DNA from: a virus
Reading direction: 5' to 3' (one strand)
DNA length: 64,000 bases
Virus record (IMG/VR): IMGVR_UViG_3300013094_000040
Span: 3,338-67,337 of that record
Both the position numbers and the translations under genes were made by a program. Positions 19,301 through 31,700 of this stretch are shown here, piece after piece (the stretch's first letter is position 1; each line of letters opens with the position of its first letter). The notes beneath the pieces were generated by a model, which was given only the letters and a program-made list of their open reading frames with translations, did no database searches and had not been told where the DNA came from.

Positions 19301-19759
19301 TCTGGTCCTAAGAGTTTAGAAAACTACAAGGCACTTAGCGACACAATCATTTACAACTCTGGAAAATACAAACCAGTCTTTGGTGACAAAGCAGATCCAA
19401 ACCTACAGGCTACTTTTAAGATTGTTAAGAATCCTAATTTAACTATTAGTGACAACGATGTTATTAGCCAGACTATTTCTGCTATTAATGCTTATTTTGC
19501 AACATCTAATTGGGACTTTGGTGAAACTTTCTATTTTAGTGAGTTAGCAACATATCTACATAATAAATTGGCTCCAAACGTGGCCAGCGTTATTATTGTT
19601 CCTACAAACACAGACACAGCCTTTGGCGGACTAATGCAGATTAATGCTAACCCCGACGAAGTTATCATTAGTTGTGCTACCGCTAAAAATGTACAAATTA
19701 TCAGTGCAATTACAGCGGCGCAGATTAATCAAACACTGGCTGGAAATACTATTGTATAA
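16370..19759 (+). CDS. gp6: Baseplate wedge subunit, gp6-like
   Basis: DFETIRKSMIDYLR, ENFFDTAERRDSILKLA, LVFGDG, QNRMITGEDY, DFGETFYFSEL; follows gp25. Confidence 0.85.
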   Translation: MAITTRQTNLLVNQDWTTLYQSFKNADFQSYDFETIRKSMIDYLRNYYPEDFNDFTESSEYVALIDLIAFLGQSLAFRTDLNARENFFDTAERRDSILKLASLINYNAKRNTPASGYLKIDSVTTTESVFDSNGLNLANLLINWNDTTNEDWQEQFTAIFNAALVNGQAIGSPGNTQTINNILTSEYSVNLVGGVLPTYGFNALIAGNNTGFEAVSATSVGQTYVYEASPAPSGKFNILYQNDNLGNGSINTGYFVYFKQGALNALTLNLQQSLPNRSVSVNYDNINDTDVWLYQLDNNGNPSTIWSSVPAIAGINIIYNQSVNRNLYQIKTRSNDQIDLVFGDGSFANIPQGNFKLYYRVSNGQSYKITPDEMQNIVIPLAYVSKNNTVETLTISASLNYTVTNSSTRELIDSIRVKAPQQYYTQNRMITGEDYNLFPYTNFNDILKVKAVNRTSSGISRYLDVLDVTGKYSSTNVFCTDGILYRQSTVPSSTFTFSSINDINNVIYNTVLPILNSTEVKHFYYANFTRYTPPGVNIWAQETADSGTCTGNIVDSGNAIRNVGYVTGNELKYIVTGALLRFNAGNGKYFDAQNIIKTGTPKYEHDKTYIYASVISTANSNTITVSQVIPSGAVLDTIIPVFKNDFTNSIFVNQMINLIQSYKNFGIRYDMPSQSWIIIPPDFLNLGDFSLDRTGNTSILGSDSSWIVAFTYNGISYNIAHRSLQYVFESAAETRFYFDPNVKVFDSKTGLTVIDQINVLKTNTQADSLNPIGHTQSWKIYNNIVASDGYIDNTQVLITFPSTNNDGIPDDPDLFDNIVDPMVNPNKKYVFFEIVKSTNSSQGNFLTMSPVDNSTVVTDYATKTNILTNQNLYVNGQLFYATAENAFYTLTIDSSNVITLTLATNYSAEVGRQQLYFQYRHNSPNDRRIDPSPNNIMDLYILTTEYSNAYLAWIQDTTGTVTEPMLPTNDQLKLSYGSGPKSLENYKALSDTIIYNSGKYKPVFGDKADPNLQATFKIVKNPNLTISDNDVISQTISAINAYFATSNWDFGETFYFSELATYLHNKLAPNVASVIIVPTNTDTAFGGLMQINANPDEVIISCATAKNVQIISAITAAQINQTLAGNTIV

Positions 19760-19774
19760 TAAACGGACCCTGTA

Positions 19775-22700
19775 ATGGCAGCTATAAAAACTATAAATTT
19801 TTTACCTGAAGTATTTAGAACTAATACTAATCAGAAATTTCTAAATGCTACATTGGACCAGTTGGTTACTCCACCGGACCTGAGAAAAGTTAATGCCTAT
19901 ATAGGTCGTAAGTTTGCGCCTACATTTAAAAGCACAGACAACTATCAACCTGAGCCAACTACTCTAAGACAAAATTATCAATTAGAACCAAGCGTAGTTG
20001 TTAAAGATAAAACAACTGGTGATATTAATTTCTTTAGTAGCTATGTTGATTTAATAAATCAACTTAAACACGACGGTGCTTACACAGAAAATCAAAACAG
20101 ATTATTCAAAAGCGAAACATACAGTTTTGATGGCCTATTTGATTTTGACAAGTTTGTAAACTTTAATCAATACTACTGGTTGCCTACTGGGCCCGACCCA
20201 GTGCAAGTGTTTGGATCGGGTGTTGAAGCACAAGCAACATATACAGTAACACGTGACCCAAGTACAGGCAGTTATCATTTTACCGGATCCGGTGATGCTC
20301 CAAACCCAATATTACGTTTGGCACGCGGTGGTACATATAAATTTATAGTTAATCAGCCCGGCTACCCATTTTGGATTCAAAGTAGTGTTGGAACTTCGGG
20401 TTTAAAAACAGGACAAAGTAATTTATCAAGCCGTGATGTATTGGGCGTTGATAACAATGGCGCAGAAGTTGGCACTATTACATTTAATGTTCCACAGACA
20501 ACCGCGCAAGATTACTATGTCTATATGCCATTGGTAGCCACAGTCGATCTGGCTACGGATATTAGCTATACAAATATTCAGAATCATTTATTAAGCACAG
20601 TTGTACAAAATTATAAAGGCATTGACAATGTTATAAGTCAGCTGTCAAATAAAACATTGATATTTGTAAACAAAGATATTGATGACGCATTGTGGACTGC
20701 CGAAGGATTGCTTGACCGTTATGGCTACGATGTCAGTGGCGGATTTGATGGTGGCGGAATGGTACCAGCTGAGCAACGTCGCGGAGTATGGCGTTTACAG
20801 TTAATACCAATTGACGGCGATTACATTGTTAATTTAGTTCCCGACACAGCAGTTGGTGTTAACCAAAGAGTCTTTGTTGCCGGCGGACAAACACATGCCG
20901 AAGAAACTTATTATCTAAATGCAGATTTTGGATACTATACATTAGTACCAAATATTACAGCATCCTTGCCTACTATATTTTATCAAGATGGTGTGGGCAG
21001 TAAATTTGTAGGCGAAATTAATTTAGTTGATATCAATGATAATACTCTTAATGTTGACAAAGATATTATTGGCGCTAAAAATTATACAAGTCCCAATGGC
21101 GTTTCATTTACCAATGGATTAAAGATTACATTTGATTCCAGTGCCAGTCCAATTGGTTATGCTGGCAATACCTATTATGTTGAAGGTGTCGGTACAGCTA
21201 TTAAATTATTAAATGTTACTGATTTTATAACTCCTGAAACTTACGCAGACAATGGAATCACTACTCCTGACTACATTACTGTTAATCGTGCCAGCCAGGA
21301 TTTAAATCCTTGGTCTCGTAGCAATCGTTGGTTCCACATAGATGTTATTAAAGCTGTTGCTGCTTATAATAATGCTCCACCTACACTGGAGCAGAGATAT
21401 CGTGCCAGCCGTGCTATTATTGAGTTTGAAGCTGACCTACAGTTATACAATTTTGGTCGCCAGGCAAAAACTCCGATTGATATTTTTGATAACACCATTA
21501 CTGATGCTCGTAACTCTGTTGAACTTAATGATTACTTTGTTCTTGATGGGGTAGTTTTAAAAGATGGTATGCGTGTGGTATTTGCCAACGACTTTGATCC
21601 TACAGTTAGAGGACAAATTTTCAATGTTAATTTATCCAGCATCAATGAACAAACTTTGGTTACATTGAGTCCTGCTGAAGATTCTTATGTTGCACCAAAC
21701 AGTAATTTAATTGTATTACAGGGCAATACACATAGAGGTAAACAGTATTGGTATGATGGCTCTAATTGGATTGAAGGACAACAAAAAGTATCAGTAAATC
21801 AAACACCAATGTTTGATGTTGTTGACGGTAACGGGATCAGTCTTGGTGATTCTACAGCATACCCTGGTTCAACATTTGCTACTACTAAAAATAATCTTGG
21901 CACAGCCATTGGTGGGACACCAATCTTTTCTTATAAAGTTGGCACAGGAACTCCAGACCAAATTTTAGGCTTTCCTTTAAGCTACAGAACATTTAATCAA
22001 GTTGGTGATATACAATTTGTTAACAACTTTGACAGCGATAAATTTAGTTATACCGGTGTTGTTGATCAAAATATTAACACCGCTGGAACTTTGCAGCAGA
22101 ACAACAGCCTTACTGCTTATAACCTACGCAACGCCTGGCTAACTGCAACAGAAACCAGCAAGCAGTATCAGGTAATCAACGGCATATACGATGGTACAAA
22201 TCCATACTTCCGAGTGGACGTGGTTCCTTATTCGGCTACCACAGTACCTTATATTAAAGTTTATAAAAACTTTGCAGAGTTACCTCCAAGCAAATATCAA
22301 TTAGGTAATGCCGGTGTTAATTATTACGTTCATGTAAAAGATTCTACAATGGTTGCAGGCGACCAAATTGACATTGCAATCTATGGTAATAATGTTAGTG
22401 CATTGGGCTATTACCAAGTGCCTACAAACTTAGATTTTAACAGTGAAAATGCTAACTTTGATACGTTAACTTTAGGACAACTACGTAACCACTTGGTATC
22501 GTTAGTGTCAAACAGTACACAGGTAACAGGTTCAGGTCTTGGCGAAAACAACCTAAGAGACGTACCTATTAAAGCTCAAGGCGGTAATATTTTACAAAAT
22601 GCCAGCCCAGTATTGTACAGTGAGTTATTCTTAGTTGACACAGATGCTAATTTTATAAAAGGTCTGGAATTAGCAAGACACAACTATGGCAGAATTAAAA

Positions 22701-25700
22701 ATAAAATTTTAGAAACTGCAACAAACTTAAAATCAATAGTGTCAGCTGACATTCCTGGAACATTAGATAAAATTTTACAAGGTATTAATAGCGTAAAAAA
22801 TAATACGTTCCCGTGGTATTATTCTGACATGGTGCCCTATGGTCCATTGAAGAATGTGATTACATATACCGTAGTAAATGCTGAACAGTCAGACTACGAA
22901 ATAACAAACATTTTCAGCGATACTCAATTAAGCAATCGTGCTGTATTAGTATACATTAATGATATACAACAAACTCTTGGCACAGATTATCAATTTGATA
23001 CTACTCGTGCTGGTATTACATTCTTAAAAACATTAAACTATGGTGATGTAATTACCATTAACGAATATAATAATACCGATGGCAATTATATTCCAGAGAC
23101 TCCAACTAAATTAGGTTTATATCCTAAATTTAAACCTGGTATCCTAATAGACAATACCTATCGCGAACCGGTAACAGTAATTCAAGGACACGACGGATCA
23201 ATTACTCCGTCCTTTGGGGACTTCAGAGATCAATTGCTTTTAGAATTTGAATTACGCATTTACAATAACATTAAAGTTGATCATGTTCGCAACACTGAGT
23301 TTTTATATAACTATTTGCCGGGTAAGTTTAGACGTTCTGACTACTCAAACAGAGAGTTTACTCAACTATTAACAAGAAGCTTCTTGCAATGGGCAGGTAG
23401 TAATAGAGTTGACTTTACAACTAATAGCTACTTTGAATCCTCGGATCCCTTTACCTGGAATTACAGTAAATTTGTTGATACTGTAAACGGGGAAGCGTTA
23501 CCAGGAACATGGCGAGCCATTTTTAATTATTTCTACGATACCGATCGTCCACATACACATCCGTGGGAAATGTTGGGAATAAGCGAAGAACCATCATGGT
23601 GGCAAGGACGTTATGGCCCTGCTCCATATACTGGCGGTAACCTTGTATTATGGAATGACTTAGCATTAGGTTATGTATGGAACAACGGAAGTCCATATAC
23701 AGATCCAAGATTTGTCAGACCAAATCTATTGAACATTATACCAGTAGATGAAAATGGCATCTTACGTTCGCCAACTTCATATATTGTTAAGAGTTTCAAC
23801 AGTAATCAGGCCAATGGTAGTTATAATGTAGGACAACAAGGTCCAGTTGAAACAGCATGGCGTCGTAGCAGTGACTATCCTTATGCTGTACAAGAAGCCC
23901 TGGCATTGGCAGCACCAGCATACTACTTTGGTAGTTTAATGGATGTTACTCGTTACTATAAAAATTCTGATCTTAATCAATTTGTATTAGCTGATACACT
24001 ACAGCGTATCACTCCTTCGGCTGTGAGAATTAACGGCCAGCAAATTGACAATTCAACTTCATTTTACAGAGTAGCCGGTTATATTAACTGGATATCAGAC
24101 TATCTACGAAGTATTGGTATTGATCCAGTGACAAAAATTACTGGATACCTAAACAATGTTTCTGTACAATTAGGCTATAAGATGGCCGGCTACAGCGATG
24201 CTTCTTTCTTAGAAGTATTGGCAGAACAAGCAAGTCCAACCAGTACAACTAATAGTATTGTTGTTCCTAACGAAAACTATAAAATACAACTTTATAAATC
24301 AACTCCAGTTCAGACTATAACTTATAGTGCTGTTATTGTTGAAAAGAGTGAAAACGGATATACCGTAAGTGGATACGATACCAGCAATCCATATTTTACT
24401 ATTATTCCAAGTTTGGCAAATAATAATGCCTATACTATAACAGCATTAAATGATGTTGGTGTCATTTACAATGACTATCAAAAATATAAAGTTACTGTAC
24501 CCTACGGATTTGAATTTAATAATAAACAACAGGTAGTTGATTTCTTAGTCAGCTACGAGCGTTTCTTGCGCGGTAGTGGTGTAGCATTCACTGACTTTGA
24601 TTCAGATTTAAATCTACAGAGAGATTTTAAGTTAAGTGCTCAAGAGTTCTTAACCTGGAGTCAACAAGGCTGGACTGTTGGTAGCGTATTAGTATTAAGT
24701 CCAATTTTATCACACTTAGTGGTTAATGTTCCATCCGGAGTAGTTGATCAAGTTGAAAATACTCCATTGGGAAGTCGTATTCTCGATACCGGTTATAATT
24801 TTATCAAATACAACGCCTTCTCGGTTACCAGAACGGATAATAATTTTACAGTAACCGCAATTAACAATCAAACTATTGCCTTGGCTGTATTAGACGTAGT
24901 CGAATATGAACACGTATTAATTTTTGATAACATCACAGCATTTAATGACGTTATCTATGTACCAACATTGGGCAACAGACAATACCGTTTAAAACTTGTT
25001 GGACAAAAAACTGGCTCATGGACCGGTGCACTAAATCCACCTGGATTTATCTACAATAGTCCAAAGGTAGATGCATGGCAACCTGGCAAAGACTATGCCT
25101 TGGGTTCATTGGTAACTTATAAGAATTCTTATTATACCGCTACGCAGAGCTTAACAGCAACAACTACATTCAATCCATCAGAGTGGCAGAATATCAGTAG
25201 CAATCAATTGCACACTGGTCTATTGCCAAACTTTAGCTATAACTCAGGCAAGGCACAAAGATTTAATAGTCTAACAGATCCTGAGTTGCAAGGCGACTTT
25301 TCAAGATTTGTGGGAACAGAAATTGGCTTCCGTCCACGCCAATACTTAACAAACTTTGGTATCGATATTCCAACACAGGCACAGTTTTATCAAGGTTATA
25401 TCAGACAAAAGGGTACAATGAACTCGGTTACAGCCTTTACTGCTGCGGGTTTCAATGGTGTCAATAGTACAATTAATCTATACGAAGAATGGGCTATGCG
25501 TGTTGGCGAGTATGGCGCATTACACAATAATCAGTTTGTCGAATTAGAATTAGTCGAAGGCACATTCAATGGCGATCCGGTAACATTTACGCTACTGCCA
25601 AACAATGTAGTTAATGTAGATCACACTATTAGTGTGTATCCTGCTAATTTATATCTAACCAGCGATACTTATAGCCCGTCAATTTTCCAAAATAGAGATG

Positions 25701-28700
25701 AGTCAAGTTTTTATGAAAACGATATATTAACAGCAGGCTATGTTAAAAAAGACGACATCGATATTCAGATATTTGACATGGCCAGCTACGGCGAACTTAA
25801 TCAACATTTGAATCAAATTTCTGTTGGTAAGAAGATTTGGGCTGCAAAAGATAACACTACTACAAGTTGGAATGTATACCGTGTTACAGAAACCAATTTA
25901 TCAGTAGTTAGTTTTGCCTACTCTGTAGATGTTATGGCCCTGGTAACTACTTTAACCCCGCATTCATTTGTCTACGGTGATATAATTGTTGTTAGAGGAT
26001 TTGATGATCGCATCAACGGATTCTATCAAGTATATAACGTAGTTGACGCATATAGCTTTACAGTTGTAGTTCCAGCAACAATGTTGGATACTGTAAAATC
26101 TGCAGGTGCTGTACTTGGCTTAGGCCCAGTTTATAAATTGGTAAGTCTACGTCTTAAGAATTCAACAGACTTAACAGCTCTTACTCCTCCTAATGAGTGG
26201 ATCGACGGGGATAAACTTTGGTCCGACTATGATCAAAATACCGGTGGTTGGGTAGTTTACAATAAATCAACTCCGTGGACCACTGCCAACACCGATGTGT
26301 TGAATAATATTAGTATGGAGTTAGATGCTAACAGCTATGTAACTAATTCTGGATTTGGTACTGTAACCGCAATCAATCCTACTGCTACATTTGCTGCTGC
26401 CAGCATGCCAACATTAAACAATGGCAACGTAATAGTATTTGTCTCTAATGTTGCTAACAACAATACATTTACCATGGTTGGTAATCTTGGACAACGCTCG
26501 GGTGGTACACTATTTGGCTCAAGTCTATCAGCAAGTAATAATTTATTATATATTGGTCATCCAGGCGATGGTGCAACACAGGCTGGCCGAGTACATATTC
26601 ACAAGTTTAATGGTGTATCATCATTCCCTTGGTCGCAGACACTAACAAGCCCAACAACTGCCAATGGAGACAACTATGGTTATAGTGTTTCGGCAAGTGA
26701 CGACGGAACTTGGTTGTATGTTGGTGCGCCCGGTGTTGGTAATGTCTACGTTTATCACAGCAATACAACAGGTTACTATAGTTTAGCCAATACTATTGTT
26801 GGTAACAATTATGTCAGCACCGGTAATGCCATTGCTTCACAATTTGGTTATACTGTAAACACAACCAGTGATGGCGCTCAAACTATTGTGGGTGCTCCAT
26901 ATGAGCGTGTCAATGGTGTTGCTGCTGCCGGTGCAGTTTATGTTTACAATCGTAGTCAAGAAAGTTTTGTAGCCAACGGTGGCAATGTTTATTATCCACA
27001 ATTCCCTATTTCTACAAGTACAGTTAAAGTTACTGTCAATGGTACTGTACAAAATAGTGGCTTCACTGCTTATACAGGTAATGTATCGTTTACTCAGCCT
27101 CCTGTAGTTGGAACAATTATCACAGTCGACACTAATGAGATACAGCTATTAGAAAAACTAACCAGTCCTGCACCAACATCGGGCGGCGCATTTGGTATAG
27201 TATCGCACATTGCTGGCAATGATGCAGACATTTACGTTGCCAGTCCCGGTTATAGTGAACCAGGTTACCACAGTGGCATTGTCTACAGATTTGTAAACTC
27301 AGGCGCTAACTATGGAACCATTACCAGCACAGTAGCCGATGCTACTGTTGTTTCTGGCAACAATTTCTATATCAATGGCTGCTTGGTACAAGTTTCTGGA
27401 ACCACATTGGCCAATGTGGCAACCGCAATCAATTCTGCTAATATTGCCGGTGTTAGTGCTGTTGCACAAGACTATGGTTATCTAACTATCAACAGCACAG
27501 TCACAACACCATTTGAAAAGTTAATAATTGCACCCGGCACTGGCACAATATTAACAGACATGGGACTCAGTACATTTGCTAATGTACAAGCATTAAAACA
27601 CCCAGGTAAAGCAGATGTTAATGCCTTTGGTAGTCAAATCACTTCTAATAAAGATTCTACATCGTTGGTAATTAGCGCCAGCCGCGGCGCATCGTTTAAC
27701 ATGATGTCATTTGACAAAATTACAAACGAAACATATTTTGACACTGGATCAACTGCTTTCCACGATGGTATTGAAGGATCGGGTGTTGTGTTTATCTATG
27801 GATTGGTTGAAGGTTCATTAAGTGTATCTACACCAGATCAGTACGTATTGGTACAACAATTACAAAATACATCATTATCAAGCAACGACCAATTTGGCAC
27901 AAGTTTAGCATTGGCTGGTAATGTACTGTTGGTTGGTGCTCCCGGTGACAGTAATCACGTTGGTATAGATCCATTGTCTGAACGTCAGATAAACATTCCA
28001 AGTGCTGGTACATACTACACATACAATAACTTTACTGGAAACATTGGTTGGGATATTATTAACAGTCAACAACCTAAAGTAGATCTTGATAGCATTACAA
28101 GAATGTATATCTACAATAAATCTACGCAGACTCTGTTGACTAACTTTGATTATATTGATCCAGCCAAGGGCAAAGTGTTAGGTGCTGCTCAAGAAGATTT
28201 AGACTACATCACAGCCTATGATCCAGCAATATATAATGCTGCTGTTGGTGTTGGCGAAAACGAACCAAATCTTTCTGTAAACAATGATTATCATTGGGGT
28301 GCAGAACAGGTAACCAAAACCTGGTGGGATATTGGCAAAGTTCGTTACTACGACTATGAACAAGGTAATTTAACATATCGTTCAAATAACTGGGGATCAA
28401 CTTTCCCTGGCAGTAAGATACAGGTTGCTGAATGGGTAATGAGTGCAGTTCCTCCAAGCCAATACAAAGGCAGTGGAACACCATTGTACCCAGACAATAG
28501 TGCTTATGTAATTGAAAGTTATGTAGATCCTGTTTCAAAACTATTACGCAGTCGTTACTATTATTGGGTAATTAACAAAGCCACAAGAGAAATAGATTCT
28601 AATCATATCAATAGTATTAACACAATACAGGATATCATTGCCAACCCGGCAGCGCAGGCTATTCCTTATGCAGCTGTATTGAGAGATGATACTATTAGTC

Positions 28701-31700
28701 TTTATAATGTGTCTGACTATTTGATTGGTTCTGGAAATACTATAGTATTCCACGCAGACCACGATAGTTTAAAAAATACAAATATTATTCATAATGAATA
28801 TCAATTGATTCAAGAAGGAAGAAGCGGTAGCTTTATTCCTGATCGCATTATTAAGAAAATGATTGACAGTTTGTCTGGCACAGACATACTTGGAAATCCT
28901 GTACCAGATGTTTCATTGACTCCGCAGACTAAATTAGGTATAGGCACCAGCCCTAACCAAACAATATTTGTTGATCGTTTAACTGCCTTGGAGAATTTTG
29001 TACAATATGTCAACAACGTATTAATTCAATATCCTATCGTTGAAGAATATAACATCAACGGATTGTACAGTTCAGATCCACAACCAGGCATTGAAAACTA
29101 TGATTACTCTGTTAATAACTATGCAGAATTAACCTATATTGATACTGCTGGTTTATTAGTTGGCTATACTGTATTAGTAAAACAAGATGAAAATAACAAG
29201 GGACTGTGGGCTACATATTCCTGGGCCGGCACAACCTGGACACTGGTTTCTGTACAAAGTTACTATACTCCATTCTACTGGTCGTTTGTAAACTGGTACG
29301 ACACTACATACGACTCAACTGGTAAGGTTACATATCAGGTTGCTACCTATCCAGATTTAGTAACATTATCGCCTGGCATAAATGATACAGCCAAAGTCTT
29401 AAACAGAGGAAATGGTCAATTTTCTATCTATCGTTGGAACGGTTCGGCGTGGAATTTAGTTGGCTTGGAAAACGGTACAATACAATTAAACAGCAATTTG
29501 TATACTACAACTGTTGCCAGCAACGAAATACGTATTATATTCAATGCTATTCAGAATAACATTTTTGTAGATAATTTAAAATCTCACTTTAATGATTTAT
29601 TCTTCTTTATGATTAATTATGTGTTGACTGAACAAAAATCAGTTGACTGGGTATTCAAAACAAGTTTTGTCACAATCTTCCATCAATTGAGAGAGTTAAT
29701 ACAATATCCTTCGTTTATTCAAGATAACCAAACTTATTACGAAAACTATATCAATGAGGTTAAACCTTATAGAACCAGCATTCGTGAATATTTGATTAAC
29801 TATAATGGTACAGACGAGTACTATGGCGACACAACCGACTTTGATATTCCAGCAACATATATTAGTAATGTTAATGCTTATCGTAGTCCAAACGGTACTG
29901 TATCGTCAGATGCCTATGCATTGGCTAATTTACCACAGTACAGCTCGTGGTATAATAATCATGGATATGGCATTGCTTCTGTTAAAGTTTCTAATCCTGG
30001 ATCAGGTTACTACTTGCCGCCAGTTGTTAATGTTATAGGTGGTGGTGGTACTGGCGCGGTTGTTACGGCCGATGTTGACATCACATCAAATACTATTTCT
30101 CGTTTTAATGTAATTAATCCAGGCAGTGGCTATACTTCAACTCCAACTATTTCTATTGTTGGTACAGGAACAGGCGCAGTGGGCTACCCAACATTGATTG
30201 GGCAACATTATGTAGCACGTATTCCAACATTGGATATTACATTAGATAGCAATACTCATGCACGAGCTGGCGATATTATTACGCAACCAGCTACAAGTGC
30301 TGCTGGTGTAGTGTATTCTGCTACTGCCGGCGGTAATGTTTTAACTCTTAAAGATGTTAACTTAATTGATGTTACTGGAACATTTAAGGCCGGTGAATAC
30401 TTGTACTTAAATGCTACTCCATTAAATGTTCGTCCGGGTGTGCCAACAACAACATTAACTGTTAATGGTAATGTTAATCTCAAAGCTGGTGACATTTTGT
30501 TACAGTCGGGGTCTGGTGCACAAGGCGAAGTCTATGCTGATACAACTACCAACACAGTTAAACTTTGGAACGTATCGGGTACGTTCCTAAGCGGACGTTG
30601 GTTAAGTAAAGCTGGTTCTAATATTGCTGTTTACCCAACGTTCTATACAGTAGAGTCTGGCGCAAGTCCGTTTAATCTATACACAACTTTGGTAGATGAA
30701 AGTTATAACAAAATAAGAACTTTTGACACTACAATTAAATTTGACCGTGTTAGCTATAGCAGTAACGTAACTGCTTGGAGTAAAAACGATTCTTATAGTT
30801 TCTTAAGTGACTTTGATCAACCAGGCGACAACTGGGATGAATTACCATTTGACGGAATTATTTCATCCGACTGGGTAAGATACAATGGCAAAGGCTATGA
30901 AGCAGTTGGTGTTGTCTACAGTAGTGCTACCTTAAAACTAAGTGGTAACATTTCGGCCAATATTGGCGATTATGTTACTCAGCTTAATACTGAAGCTAAT
31001 GCACAGATAATTTCTATCAGTAGTAACAATAGCCTTATTACAGTATCTAATGTTACCAGCAACTTTGTAAGACGCAATGGTAATATAGCAATAAATGGTG
31101 TAGTTACAAATGTAAATCCTGTAGCGGTTAATAACATATTTGACTACACACAATTTAGAGCCATTGGCGGAGAAGAGTTTTCTACAGCAGCAGATCGTAT
31201 ATCGGCCAGCTATATTCCAAGCGCCAACATGCCTGGCCTGGATATGAAACAGTTAATGTCTGGAATGACATATCCAGGTGTTCGTGTTGATGGATTAAAA
31301 TACAATGCCACAAGTTCTGTAATTACTTCTAACGTAGTAGCATTCTTTACAACTAATGCTACAATGATAAGTTCAAATATTGCTAAACTTAACTTTACTA
31401 CATTTGGTTTAGAAACTCGTTTACCACTTACTGTAACCAATACGGATACTGACACTACAGCTAATGTGAAAATTTTAAGTATTGCACCAGACAAGATGGT
31501 ATTAAATGGTGTGATGAGTAATATTGCGTTAGGATCAAATGTATCTATTGTTTATTTTGATTCTAATAATCCTATCTACTTAGATACAATTATTCAAAGT
31601 AGCTATTTAGACACAGCATTAGGAACCCGTGCCGAGGATATTAATATCGACGGTGGCGCCTATTACGACATTTATAGTAGCCATGCACCTGAGGAATTAG